NCBI GenBank assembly: GCA_020058285.1
Contig: JAGVEL010000017.1
Coordinates: 2,027 to 66,026, forward strand
Direction of reading: 5' to 3'
Length of the DNA: 64,000 nt
From: Candidatus Omnitrophota bacterium
GTDB lineage: Bacteria; Omnitrophota; Gorgyraeia; JAHJTE01
In this document: one piece after another, positions 19,101 to 28,931 of the stretch
Layout: every line of letters begins with the position of its first letter
Position numbering within the stretch: position 1 is the first letter of the stretch
Notes under the pieces: model-generated
Seen by the model: the letters and a program-made list of their open reading frames with translations, nothing else
What the model was told of the DNA's origin: nothing
Databases searched by the model: none
Position numbers and translations under genes: made by a program

Positions 19101-20288
19101 TTAGCGTACTATATCGCCGATCTTCATTCTATGTTTAGCGTCAAAGCGAATTATGTCTGCTGCGCTTATATTTTTCCTGGCCTGAATTACTTCAACGCGG
19201 CCGATGGAAACATTATTGCGATAGATGTCAAATTTTCTTCCGAGCGTAACTGCGTGATTTTCTCCTAAATTTATTACCACAAAATTATTAGCCTCATTTA
19301 TCGCAATTATTTTACCAGAGATAATCTTTAAATCGTTAACCGGCTCGTTGTTTTGCCCCTTAACCACAATTGGCGGCAACTCAACTTCCTTGGCTTCTTT
19401 TTCGCTTTCTGTAGACGCCTTTACGCTTTCCCCGGAAGGTAGTGCCCTTATCTCCCTTGAAACCTTAGCCACCTCGTTAATTTTCTCATCAAGGCTGGCA
19501 TTAATCTGCTCAACCTTTTGATCTAATATCTGTCTCTCTGATTCAATTGACTGCATTTTAGTCTTTAGGGAAAGGTTTGTCCTATCTAGATCTTTTACCT
19601 TTGAGCGTAACGACAAATTCTCTTGTTTTATAAATGTAATCTGGTCTAATATTTCTTTTTTATCCTTCTGCTCACGCATTAAATCTGTAGATAGATTAGA
19701 TGCCAGCCTCTCGTTATAATCTGCACGCCGGCTTAGCTCTTTATTGTCCTGCTCAAATTTGGAAAGCTGTAAGGACAAATCACTTTTATCCTTACTCACC
19801 GTATCTAATCTTATCTGCAGGTCACCTACCACATCTTTTAAATCGGATAATTTTAATTCCAGATCAGCCTTATCTTTTAAAAGTTGCGCCCAATATTCGT
19901 CTGAGGCGCCGGTCGGTTGCTGCGGCTTTTCACTAACCTGCTGTGGCTCCTCTTTCTTTGTCGCGGCTAAACTTTTCAACCTTTCGACAAGTTCATCTTT
20001 TTCTTTTACTAACGTCTCGTATTTTGCCTGAACATTCTCCCGTTCCGCTTTTAAAGAATTTAAGTCTTTTTCGAGTTGGGGAATTTTGCTTTGCAGTTTT
20101 TCTTTTTCGTCTTTAAGGCTGGCTAATTGACTGGACCAGGTAGTGGTCTGAGTGTTTAGTTTATCTTTAATCTCATTGTAATTTTGCTGCAGTGATTGTC
20201 TTTCCTGGAATAGCTGCAATAAGAAGAAAACGCTTACTGATAACAAAATTAATAAGCCAATTATAATAAATTTTGAGCCTTTTCCCAT
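19101..20288 (-). CDS. Membrane-anchored coiled-coil protein with C-terminal beta domain
   Basis: N-terminal TM helix, long heptad coiled coil, VELPPIVV, GKIIAINEANNFVVINLG...IGDIV beta-rich tail. Confidence 0.75.
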   Translation of the reverse strand: MGKGSKFIIIGLLILLSVSVFFLLQLFQERQSLQQNYNEIKDKLNTQTTTWSSQLASLKDEKEKLQSKIPQLEKDLNSLKAERENVQAKYETLVKEKDELVERLKSLAATKKEEPQQVSEKPQQPTGASDEYWAQLLKDKADLELKLSDLKDVVGDLQIRLDTVSKDKSDLSLQLSKFEQDNKELSRRADYNERLASNLSTDLMREQKDKKEILDQITFIKQENLSLRSKVKDLDRTNLSLKTKMQSIESERQILDQKVEQINASLDEKINEVAKVSREIRALPSGESVKASTESEKEAKEVELPPIVVKGQNNEPVNDLKIISGKIIAINEANNFVVINLGENHAVTLGRKFDIYRNNVSIGRVEVIQARKNISAADIIRFDAKHRMKIGDIVR

Positions 20289-20302
20289 TTACCCCCCTTG
20301 TC

Positions 20303-21544
20303 TTACGCTTTAATGAACATATTGCGCACTACTAAACTTGCTGCACCTAAGGCTACTGCATTTTCTCCGAGTCGCGACGGCATTATTTTTACTGCCTGGG
20401 CCATTTCCTTGAAACACCAATCATTAACTGATTGACGTACAATATCAAGCAGAACATTACCCGCTTCCTCTAATCCGCCGCCGATTATTACTAATTGCGG
20501 ATTAAATACATTGACCAGGAATGCAATCTTTAAAGCCAACCTCCTTGAGACAGCGGCGATTAATTCTAGAGCTAATGAATCACGCTGTTTAGCAGCGTTA
20601 AAGATTATGTTTAAATTAATTTTTGATATATCCGCCGAGGCTAATTTAAAAATGAGCGAAGAATCTTTTAGCTCCGGAGAGTTTAAGAATCTATTTCTCG
20701 CTGCCTCCCGCAAACCTAAATCGGCTTCTATCCGTTTCAATAAACAAGGAGCGCCAAATTCACAATTAAAAAGCTCTTCATCTTTGGGACTTGATATTGA
20801 TAACTCTCCGGCTGCGCCGCTTGCGCCGCGATAGATTTGGCCATCAATCATTATCCCACAGCCAACACCGGAAAAAAAATAAAGTAAATGCTTTATTTCC
20901 GGATTTAGCGTCAACCACTGCTCGCCAAAACAGGCCAACGTGGCATCGTTATCAATAAACGCATTTAAACCAAATTCGCGTTCAATAATGTCTTTTAGCG
21001 GTAAATATACACTGGCGTAGTCAGTCTTATTCTCTGAAATTTTTTGCGGCCACAAAACTGTTTCGCCAAGTTTATCTACAATGCCAGCAATGCCTACGCC
21101 TACACCTTCAATATTTCTATTTTGTTTTTTTGCCTCAGTTACTAACCGAGTAGTAATTTTAACTATTGCCTGGACAATATCTTTTATATTTAATTCCGGC
21201 TTATCTTCCTTGACGCAATATAAAAGTTTTCCATTTAAATCCGTCATCACTCCTACCATATTCAGGAGATTGATGCCCACGCCAAGCGCCACACCTCTAG
21301 TTGAGTTTAAATCCAATAATAACGGCCTGCGGCCGCCGCCCGATACATCCAGGGCTTTTTCCATAACTATACTTTTTTCTAAGAATTCCTCAATATAATT
21401 AGAAACTGTGGCTACATTAAGACCGACAATTTTAGATATGTCGGTTTTGCTTATCGGGCCGCTACGCCTAATAGCTTCAAGTATAGCTAAGTTCCTTCGC
21501 GACCTCTCTGTTAAAATTTCATCTTCAAAAACTTCCGTTCTCAC
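20303..21544 (-). CDS. ROK family transcriptional regulator
   Basis: N-terminal wHTH (GPISKTDISK...GGRRP), GVGIAGIVD, IDNDA, GVGCG, GAAGE, NPQLVIIGG. Confidence 0.93.
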   Translation of the reverse strand: MRTEVFEDEILTERSRRNLAILEAIRRSGPISKTDISKIVGLNVATVSNYIEEFLEKSIVMEKALDVSGGGRRPLLLDLNSTRGVALGVGINLLNMVGVMTDLNGKLLYCVKEDKPELNIKDIVQAIVKITTRLVTEAKKQNRNIEGVGVGIAGIVDKLGETVLWPQKISENKTDYASVYLPLKDIIEREFGLNAFIDNDATLACFGEQWLTLNPEIKHLLYFFSGVGCGIMIDGQIYRGASGAAGELSISSPKDEELFNCEFGAPCLLKRIEADLGLREAARNRFLNSPELKDSSLIFKLASADISKINLNIIFNAAKQRDSLALELIAAVSRRLALKIAFLVNVFNPQLVIIGGGLEEAGNVLLDIVRQSVNDWCFKEMAQAVKIMPSRLGENAVALGAASLVVRNMFIKA

Positions 21545-21586
21545 GGTTCACATCTCTTTTTTCTCCGTGGCTTTTTAATTAAATTA

Positions 21587-21615
21587 ATCTTACTACATAA
21601 CTTAAATTAAGTCAA
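21587..21615 (-). promoter_or_regulatory. Sigma70-type promoter of the ROK gene
   Basis: TTGACT-17 nt-TAAGAT. Confidence 0.55.
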
Positions 21616-21627
21616 TAGGTTATCAAT

Positions 21628-21669
21628 AAAAATTTACCCCGTTAGTATTTTCTAACGGGGTAAATTTTT
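21628..21669. terminator. Rho-independent terminator (bidirectional hairpin)
   Basis: aaaaatttaccccgttag-tatttt-ctaacggggtaaattttt perfect inverted repeat just after the 21691 stop. Confidence 0.85.
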
Positions 21670-21690
21670 GAACGTAATCCTTAAAAAGAA

Positions 21691-22839
21691 TTACTCATAT
21701 TTTATTTCATCAAGATAAAATACCGCTCCTTGAGGGTTCACATCAATATTCGTAGACCAGGCAAATCCGCCGCTTAAATAACTTAAATCTTTACCCTTAA
21801 GGTCTATTACATATTGTTTCCATTCCTTGGTTAATATCACTGGTCCAATGCCTGCGGAATCTGAATCCGGATATTCGCCCATAAGCCCGCCAATTTTTAA
21901 CTCTTCAATGCGCTCTGCGCCTTTTTCGCCTTTAGCCCAAAAAGTTATCTTTGTCGCTTTGGACAAATCATAACCGCCATCAACATTACCCCAGTTATTT
22001 GCCGGATTCTGCCAATAAATTCCTGCCCAGCGTGCACCGTTTGTAGCTTTCCCGGAATAACTTATCTTTATGCAACTGTCTCCAGACTGAGTATTTTCAG
22101 ACCAAGACTGATCCACAATTAAATCACCATAATCGCCCATCCAACCCGACAGGATAAAATGATTCTTTACCGAGATTCTGTCAGAATATACATAAAACGG
22201 CATAGTTTGTGCGGATTTTACTTCGGGCTTAACTGCATCATCCTTTTCAAATTTGATTTCATCAATATATATTGTTGCCCCCTTAGGATTAAGATCTGCA
22301 CTGGTTACAAAAGCAAACCCGCCGCTGATAGAGCTTAAATCCTCACCGGCAAGATTAATCGTATATTTTTCCCAGGTATTACTTAATTCAATTGGGCCAA
22401 AACTAACTTCAGTAGAGTCAAGATACGTACCTTTGATGCCGCCGACTTTAACCTTTTCAATTATCTCACCGCCAACTTTTCCTTTTGCCCAAAATGTAAG
22501 CTTAGTCATTCCTCTTAAATCAAATCCGCCTTGGACTGAACCCCAGTTATTTGCCGGGTTTTGCCAATACATTCCTGCCCAACCATATTTCTGGGAACGC
22601 GCTGCGCTATAGGTTATCTCTATACAGCTTGTGCCGCTATAAGGTTCCTTCATAGATTCTTCGTTTATTTTTAAATCCCCATAATCACCCATCCAGCCAC
22701 TGGGTATATAATGGTTTAATGGAGATCCTTTATCAGTATAAACAACAAATGTATCCTTGGCTGCTTCTTGAGCAAAACTAATAGTCGCTGCTGTCAACCC
22801 TAGTATTACTGTACTCAAAATTACTAAAACCCTTTTCAT
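21691..22839 (-). CDS. Secreted protein with two tandem carbohydrate-binding-module-like domains
   Basis: Signal peptide; two homologous halves (SGWMGDYGDL...WAG.YWQNPANNWG...LTFWAKG..G.E...DEIK.E), resembling galactose-binding-like/CBM11-like folds. Confidence 0.75.
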   Translation of the reverse strand: MKRVLVILSTVILGLTAATISFAQEAAKDTFVVYTDKGSPLNHYIPSGWMGDYGDLKINEESMKEPYSGTSCIEITYSAARSQKYGWAGMYWQNPANNWGSVQGGFDLRGMTKLTFWAKGKVGGEIIEKVKVGGIKGTYLDSTEVSFGPIELSNTWEKYTINLAGEDLSSISGGFAFVTSADLNPKGATIYIDEIKFEKDDAVKPEVKSAQTMPFYVYSDRISVKNHFILSGWMGDYGDLIVDQSWSENTQSGDSCIKISYSGKATNGARWAGIYWQNPANNWGNVDGGYDLSKATKITFWAKGEKGAERIEELKIGGLMGEYPDSDSAGIGPVILTKEWKQYVIDLKGKDLSYLSGGFAWSTNIDVNPQGAVFYLDEIKYE

Positions 22840-22848
22840 TCTGCCTCC

Positions 22849-23026
22849 TTAATGAGCGCATAACTTACGGAGCAGGAACTACGACGTAAGTTATTTGCGC
22901 GAATTAATCCCTCACCTTTTATCTATTCAAGTATTTAGGTATTTTTTGAATACCTAAAAAGGTGAGGGATAAGTTCAGCCAATAAAGTTATGTTCATTAC
23001 ATTCCATAACTTTAGGCTTCACTTAA
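22849..23026. repeat. Multi-hairpin structured element, copy B (in the 5' leader of the CBM gene)
   Basis: Three hairpins enclosed by ttaatga/tcacttaa; homologous to 33615-33784 with compensatory changes. Confidence 0.85.
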
Positions 23027-23066
23027 CTTCTTTTAATCTTTTTAAATCTATCTAGTTAACTTTTAA

Positions 23067-23095
23067 AGTATAATCTACGCGTATCTAAAAGTCAA
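23067..23095 (-). promoter_or_regulatory. Sigma70-type promoter upstream of element B and the CBM gene
   Basis: TTGACT-17 nt-TATACT. Confidence 0.65.
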
Positions 23096-23168
23096 GCGAA
23101 ATTTGGCCAGCTGGCGATTCAAATTTCACTTGTGCCGCAAAGGCTTTTGCGGCCAAGCAAGCAGAACC

Positions 23169-25481
23169 CTATCTCCAATATCGCTGTAATGTAAAGTAAC
23201 CCTTGCGTAACTGTCTCAAAAACGGACTCATTGCTCCATCGCCTTGAGATACCACGCCAAGCCATTCTTCGTACATAAACCCATCGGGAAATGGCCCTTT
23301 AAATAAGCCTTTTGTATCATGAATGCTCGGCTCATAAGCCTTCCACCATTCATCCAAATACTCAAAAACAATACCGCCCAAGGCATTGCCATAACCATCT
23401 TTGTTAAAGGCTGTGTTTGACATTATATCCTGCCAACAACCTTCTAAAAATTGCGCCTGGCCAAGTTCAGCTTGCTCTCTATCCAAATTATGGGCATAAG
23501 CCGGGCAACCAAATTCAGTAATAAACGCGGGCTTACCTGTTTCAAAGAATACTGACTGCCAAAGGTCAGCAAAACCAAATTCTCCCCGGTAAGCATTTGC
23601 AGCAAAGATATCCACATTGGCAGCATATTTTGCAAACTTATCCAGAAATAACGTATCACCATTGGCTAAAGCTATCGGATGAACATTATCTATTCTTTTA
23701 ATCTCCGCAGCTACCTTGTCGCAGAATTTATAAAAGGCATCGGGCTTTTTATCGGCATTACAAGCAACGCCGTAAACATTTTCATTGCCTAAAAGCCACA
23801 TCAAAATATAAGGCTCATCTTTAAATTCGTTTACCATTTTTGTAACTGAATCCAGCATATTTTTTTGATGTTCGGGATTTTCATAATCTGTCCCTTTATA
23901 CCAATCCGCGCTAGAGCCAATTGCATACTTACCTAAATAATCGCCCATAATAACCATTATTCCAAATTCCTCATAGAGCTGACGCAGAAGTTTTTTATTT
24001 TTTTCAGTCAAGGCAAATGGTTGATGATAAATCCTTATTGTATTTACCCCCATATTTTTCATAAGCTGAAAATCGCCAATCGGAAACTCATCCGCATCCT
24101 GTTTGTTATTAAAATTCTTATCCACAAATGCGTCAAACGGGCCATCGCACAAATTGTTTCGGTTATAATCGTAATCCATCCAGTTTAGCAGAGTGCCGTC
24201 GTCAGGGCTCTGGCCAACTTTTGTCGGCGAATATGTTATACCTTTAATTATATATGGTTTATTATCCACATATAGCCGCCAATGCCGGTTATCAAACTGG
24301 ACTAGTTTAATCCTTTCCCCGCCGATTTTCTTTGTCACTTTTACTCTAAGCTTCTGGCCAGATGGCAGAGTAGCAACCTTATCCAGTAAATTAGTATGCA
24401 CTAACTTGCCAGGATCAACGATAACCACATCATTGGTAATATCCTTGTCAAAACTATTAATTATGCGCACCTTGGCATTTTCAAGAGTTAAACCTAAATT
24501 AGGATTGCGAAAACATAAATATTTGATCTTGGCAATTGCTACCGGGCCGATATACCAAGGCGTCTGCCAATAAGTCCAGCCATAGCTTGCCGGAAAATGC
24601 ACAATAATTGCGTAATATGCCTTTATTGCCTGCTCAACGAATCCGGCTTTCTCTAAGGCAAAGGCTGTATAAAAAAGTTTCACACCTTCAGGCTCGCTGG
24701 CAGTTGCCCATCTGTAAAAGGCAGCTTCTAAATCCGGGCTGTTAACATAATCCCAATGATTACCTTTAAGCCTGCCTTCTTTCAGTGCCTTGCGGAAATT
24801 AGGATCCCAGCGCACACTGGTTGAATTTGGGTATATTCCTTCGCCAACTGCCTGAGCCAACCCTTCCTGATCAATGATTTCATATTTATAATCCTTGCTG
24901 CCAATGCCGCTGAATTTTCCAAATTTTTTATATTCAACCGGAAACTGGTTACCTGAATCATAAAGAGTTAATTTAGTCACAGGTCTTTCGGCAACTGGTT
25001 TCACATCGTTGCCATATGGTTTTTTGCCCTCAATTTTGTCCAGGATATTCTGGCTTTTTTCAGATACAGACCAAAACCAGCCGCGCGGATCCCAGGCTTG
25101 TGCAAAATGATAATTAACTACTGCCTCTTTCAAGGCCGACTTTGCTTCCTCAAATTTTCCAAGCTTGAACAATGCTTCTCCTCGGATAAAACAACAGGTA
25201 GCAACATCATTTAATGCGCTGTATCGGCCTGCCTTATCTTTAGACGCCAGCGCATTCAAGCTTCCCTGTTGTTTATGGGCTTCCTGCGCATAATTATCAA
25301 TGCATTCCTGGGTTATCTTCATCAGATTATCTAAATCCTCTTTACTTGATGCCTCCCAGGCCTTGCGCACGTATTCAGCGGAAGGCAGTGGCTCAGCGAA
25401 AACAGTCCATGGTCCATGGTCCATGGTCCATAGTAAAAATAAAATAGCTAAGCCAACAACTTTGTGATTTATTTTTCTCAT
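23169..25481 (-). CDS. Secreted TPR-containing clan GH-A (GH2-like TIM barrel) glycoside hydrolase
   Basis: Signal peptide, TPR-like helices, MGVNTIRIY, WLLGNEN (acid/base), FITEFG (nucleophile), FEYLDEWWK. Confidence 0.8.
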   Translation of the reverse strand: MRKINHKVVGLAILFLLWTMDHGPWTVFAEPLPSAEYVRKAWEASSKEDLDNLMKITQECIDNYAQEAHKQQGSLNALASKDKAGRYSALNDVATCCFIRGEALFKLGKFEEAKSALKEAVVNYHFAQAWDPRGWFWSVSEKSQNILDKIEGKKPYGNDVKPVAERPVTKLTLYDSGNQFPVEYKKFGKFSGIGSKDYKYEIIDQEGLAQAVGEGIYPNSTSVRWDPNFRKALKEGRLKGNHWDYVNSPDLEAAFYRWATASEPEGVKLFYTAFALEKAGFVEQAIKAYYAIIVHFPASYGWTYWQTPWYIGPVAIAKIKYLCFRNPNLGLTLENAKVRIINSFDKDITNDVVIVDPGKLVHTNLLDKVATLPSGQKLRVKVTKKIGGERIKLVQFDNRHWRLYVDNKPYIIKGITYSPTKVGQSPDDGTLLNWMDYDYNRNNLCDGPFDAFVDKNFNNKQDADEFPIGDFQLMKNMGVNTIRIYHQPFALTEKNKKLLRQLYEEFGIMVIMGDYLGKYAIGSSADWYKGTDYENPEHQKNMLDSVTKMVNEFKDEPYILMWLLGNENVYGVACNADKKPDAFYKFCDKVAAEIKRIDNVHPIALANGDTLFLDKFAKYAANVDIFAANAYRGEFGFADLWQSVFFETGKPAFITEFGCPAYAHNLDREQAELGQAQFLEGCWQDIMSNTAFNKDGYGNALGGIVFEYLDEWWKAYEPSIHDTKGLFKGPFPDGFMYEEWLGVVSQGDGAMSPFLRQLRKGYFTLQRYWR

Positions 25482-25507
25482 CCGACCAGCGCTCCCGCGG
25501 TAATACC

Positions 25508-27034
25508 CTAGTCCCGTCTTTCTACTCTGCGCCTTTCCTCTTCTGCTCGTCTTTCTACTCTGCGCCCTTCTTCTTCTGCTCGTCTTTCTCCTCTGCGCCG
25601 CTCGACCTGCCCACGAATTTCAAAGCACTTAGCTTCTGTGAGATCAAAACTCATAATAACAAAAATAGCGGCTAAAGAGGTCACAATCGGGATGCCGATA
25701 TCACACAGCCGCATATTCAATAAAGCTTGCGGTGTTTGGTTGAGGCCTAATGTAACTTTAAAGCCGGTCATATTCAGGAGAATTCCGGAAATAAGCGATG
25801 AAGCTGCGACTCCCACTTTTACCATCCACCAGTAAATAGCGCCAAACATACCTTCCCTACGTGTATCGGTTCGAAGTTCATCAAGGTCGCAGACATCAGC
25901 GACCATAGAGCTAACTAAGGTAAAGAGTGATCCCAGGCCAAATGCGATGAACGGAGCAGCGATCATCAGTAAGTACGGATGCTCAGGATTATACCCTACC
26001 CACTTCAAAGCGTAACCGATTATTGAAATAGGAATAGTGATAAAGAATGTGTTTCTCTTACCGAGTTTTCTGGATAGCCATGTGGTTACGTAAATGGCGC
26101 CCATAGTACAAAGAGCAGAAAACGTCCCATAGATACCGAGCAAAAGACCGCCGTTTGCATAGGCTTGATCAAGAACAGGAGCATTCTTAAAGACGTAGAA
26201 GAAAACAACATAGATGGTAAAAGCTGACGCGCACATGAATCCACCAAAGATCAGTAAGGTGAACATGCACAGCTTGAAAAATGGCTTACATTTAAGAGTA
26301 ACAAAACCCCCGCCAAAGAAGTCTTTCGTCACATTCCAAGCGCCCTTGACATCAGGTTTTGGTAAGTCGTGAAAGTATTCTTTATTAAAGATAGCCGGCA
26401 GGATTCCGAACCCAACGATAATCATACCGATGATGATTGCAAGAACTCTTCCGCCATAAACGATATCCGGAAACCAGTTCTGGTTGTGCATAATAAACCA
26501 GCACCAAGGAGCGATGAACCAGGGCAATTGACCGACAATATTGCTGGCCCCCTGCAAGCGTGTGCGCTCATGATAATCAGGGGTCATTTCATATCCCAGC
26601 GCTATCCAAGGGATGGAAAAACAGGTAAATCCAATAAAATAAAGGGCCTGAAACACCCCGAAATACAAGACATAGAAACCTTCGCTATGCCCCTTATAGA
26701 GTTGATACATCAATGCGTAACAAATCCCGCCGGTAACCGCGCCAAATAATATAAGCGGCCTACGGCGTCCCCAACGGGTCCGTAGATTATCAGAAAAGTA
26801 GCCGGTTATGGGATCAGATATGGCATCAATAATACGGGGAATGGCTCCGACCAAACCCACTAAAGCTGGATTTACGCCTAATCCGAGGTTTAAAACAATG
26901 ACCATCTGTCCGATAAAGGCGGCCTGAGCAGTATTCGCAAATGCCCCCATACTGTATATGAATTTTTGAAAAAAAGGAATGCGGTCTTGGGGGGCTGTAA
27001 CATGGTGTTTAAGTTGACCAACTGATTGTTCCAT
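25508..27034 (-). CDS. MFS glycoside-pentoside-hexuronide (MelB-like) sugar transporter
   Basis: DAISDPITGYFSD..RTRWGRRRP, YEMTPDYHERT, MVADVCD.DEL....RREG, about 12 TM segments. Confidence 0.9.
   Translation of the reverse strand: MEQSVGQLKHHVTAPQDRIPFFQKFIYSMGAFANTAQAAFIGQMVIVLNLGLGVNPALVGLVGAIPRIIDAISDPITGYFSDNLRTRWGRRRPLILFGAVTGGICYALMYQLYKGHSEGFYVLYFGVFQALYFIGFTCFSIPWIALGYEMTPDYHERTRLQGASNIVGQLPWFIAPWCWFIMHNQNWFPDIVYGGRVLAIIIGMIIVGFGILPAIFNKEYFHDLPKPDVKGAWNVTKDFFGGGFVTLKCKPFFKLCMFTLLIFGGFMCASAFTIYVVFFYVFKNAPVLDQAYANGGLLLGIYGTFSALCTMGAIYVTTWLSRKLGKRNTFFITIPISIIGYALKWVGYNPEHPYLLMIAAPFIAFGLGSLFTLVSSMVADVCDLDELRTDTRREGMFGAIYWWMVKVGVAASSLISGILLNMTGFKVTLGLNQTPQALLNMRLCDIGIPIVTSLAAIFVIMSFDLTEAKCFEIRGQVERRRGERRAEEEGRRVERRAEEERRRVERRD
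25515..25599 (-). repeat. 33-nt tandem repeat encoding (RRxERRAEEE)n tail
   Basis: About 2.6 copies of cgtctttctactctgcgcc(t/c)ttc(c/t)tcttctgct. Confidence 0.8.
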
Positions 27035-27057
27035 TAATTGACCTCCGTTCTTTTTTC

Positions 27058-27897
27058 TTATTGAAATATCGCCTGAGAAATTACTCCCTTGACAATATAC
27101 TTCTGCATCAACAGGTATAAGATGATTATAGGTAGGGCCGCTATAGTAAGTCCTGCCATCAAAAGTGGGTAATTAGTCAGGAACTCTCCCCGGAACATCA
27201 TCACCCCCCGTTGAAGAGGCATCAGGTTTTTACTGTTAAATATTATCAAAGCCAGTACATATTCGTTCCAGACATTCAGGGCGTTAAAAATCACCACCAC
27301 CGCAAGCGCCGGCTTGACAAAGGGCAGAGCCACATGTCTATAAATCCCCAACCTGTTGCAGCCGTCTATCCTAGCGGCATCCTCTAACTCTTTAGGCATC
27401 TTATCGAAAAACGTCTTAAGTAAAAATATGCTAAAAGACAGCCCCACGTTAATAAGGCATAAAACATACCCCAGCCGCGTATTGACCAAATGAAGTTTCA
27501 CCATAAGCACATATAAAGGAACGAAACTACCCGGCAGCGGTATCATCATCGCGGCAAGAAGCATGATAAAGAATGCCTTTCTACCGGGAAATTCCAATCG
27601 CGAAAACGCAAATGCTGCCAGCGATGATACTAAAACTATGCCGAATACTACAGTAAAGGTATATATTAAGCTATTCAAGAAATACCTACCGAAACCCCCG
27701 TCTATCCAGGCCGTGACATAATTCTCGAAATGCGGCTGTTGAGGAATTATGCTCATGTCAGAAAAAACAGTTGCCTGCGTCTTTAAGGAAGAACCAAACA
27801 TCCATAATAGAGGGAAAAGACAGGCAATCGACACCGAAATCAATAAAAGATGGACTAGGATGTTTGTGAAGGTTTTCTTTACCCTATATATCTGCAT
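27058..27897 (-). CDS. Carbohydrate ABC transporter permease (MalG-like)
   Basis: EAA loop ELEDAARIDG, WNEY; probable start ATG 27897 overlapping the upstream stop (ORF-track start 27984 lies inside the upstream gene). Confidence 0.92.
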   Translation of the reverse strand: MQIYRVKKTFTNILVHLLLISVSIACLFPLLWMFGSSLKTQATVFSDMSIIPQQPHFENYVTAWIDGGFGRYFLNSLIYTFTVVFGIVLVSSLAAFAFSRLEFPGRKAFFIMLLAAMMIPLPGSFVPLYVLMVKLHLVNTRLGYVLCLINVGLSFSIFLLKTFFDKMPKELEDAARIDGCNRLGIYRHVALPFVKPALAVVVIFNALNVWNEYVLALIIFNSKNLMPLQRGVMMFRGEFLTNYPLLMAGLTIAALPIIILYLLMQKYIVKGVISQAIFQ

Positions 27898-28928
27898 TAT
27901 GCCTGCCTCATATTTTGCGAGATCCTCTTCTGTACAAAGGAAATTGCCAGGAGGATTGCGCCGAATATTATACTCTGTGCACAAGCATACCCAAATCTAG
28001 AAGAGCCTATCATAGAACTTAGTATTCTGGTCACCGGCACCTCGGTATGGAATCCCGGCCCACCGTCGGTCATAGTAAGTATCAAAATAAACGACTGCAT
28101 AGAGCCTAAAACCGTCAGTATCGCCACCAGCACGAATACTGGGATCATCAAAGGCGCGGTAATATTCTTAAATACCTGCCAACTAGTCGCTCCCTCAACA
28201 CGTGCAGCTTCATAAAGCTGTTTTGGTATAGTCTGTAATCCAGCAAGTAGAATAACAAATCCCCAGCCAAAACCTTTCCAGGAATGTACTATCGCCACAC
28301 AGGTTAATGCTGTATGAGGATCAGACAACCAGGCCTTAGTTAAATTATTAAAACCCAACGCAACCAGCCAATGATTCAATAGTCCGTAATTGCCATCATA
28401 TATCCACTGCCAAACCAAACCTACTACAACCTCGGATAATACCGGAGGTATAAAAAATATCATCCTGTAGAAATTCCCCGCCTTCATTTGTCTATCGCAG
28501 GCTAATGCCAGAATCAAAGCCAGGGCATTCTGGAAAGTTAATGCGATTAAAGTAATATAACCGGCATTAAACATCGACTGCCACCAGACTTTATCTTTTA
28601 TGACCTCTATAAAATTATATAAACCTACGAATTTCATTGTTGGCAGGATACCATCCCAACTGTAATGACCCAGTTGTAAAACTTTTATAAAAGGATAAAT
28701 ATAAAATATCGAAAAAATTGCTAAGGCAGGAACTATAAAAAGAAAACTTTTGAATTGCTTTGCTAAAATAATTTTAGTAACGAGGATAATAAGAAGTGCG
28801 ACTGCCAATAATATTATGATCGGAGATATGAATCTAAGGTTGTGGGATTTTTGATAAATTAATTCTGCTAAAATGAAACACAATATTACTATGATTGATT
28901 TTACATAGATATTTTTAAATATCCTCAT
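27897..28928 (-). CDS. Carbohydrate ABC transporter permease (MalF-like)
   Basis: FVGLYNF, LAGLQTIPKQLYEAARVEGA, MTDGGPG. Confidence 0.93.
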   Translation of the reverse strand: MRIFKNIYVKSIIVILCFILAELIYQKSHNLRFISPIIILLAVALLIILVTKIILAKQFKSFLFIVPALAIFSIFYIYPFIKVLQLGHYSWDGILPTMKFVGLYNFIEVIKDKVWWQSMFNAGYITLIALTFQNALALILALACDRQMKAGNFYRMIFFIPPVLSEVVVGLVWQWIYDGNYGLLNHWLVALGFNNLTKAWLSDPHTALTCVAIVHSWKGFGWGFVILLAGLQTIPKQLYEAARVEGATSWQVFKNITAPLMIPVFVLVAILTVLGSMQSFILILTMTDGGPGFHTEVPVTRILSSMIGSSRFGYACAQSIIFGAILLAISFVQKRISQNMRQA

Positions 28929-28931
28929 CGT

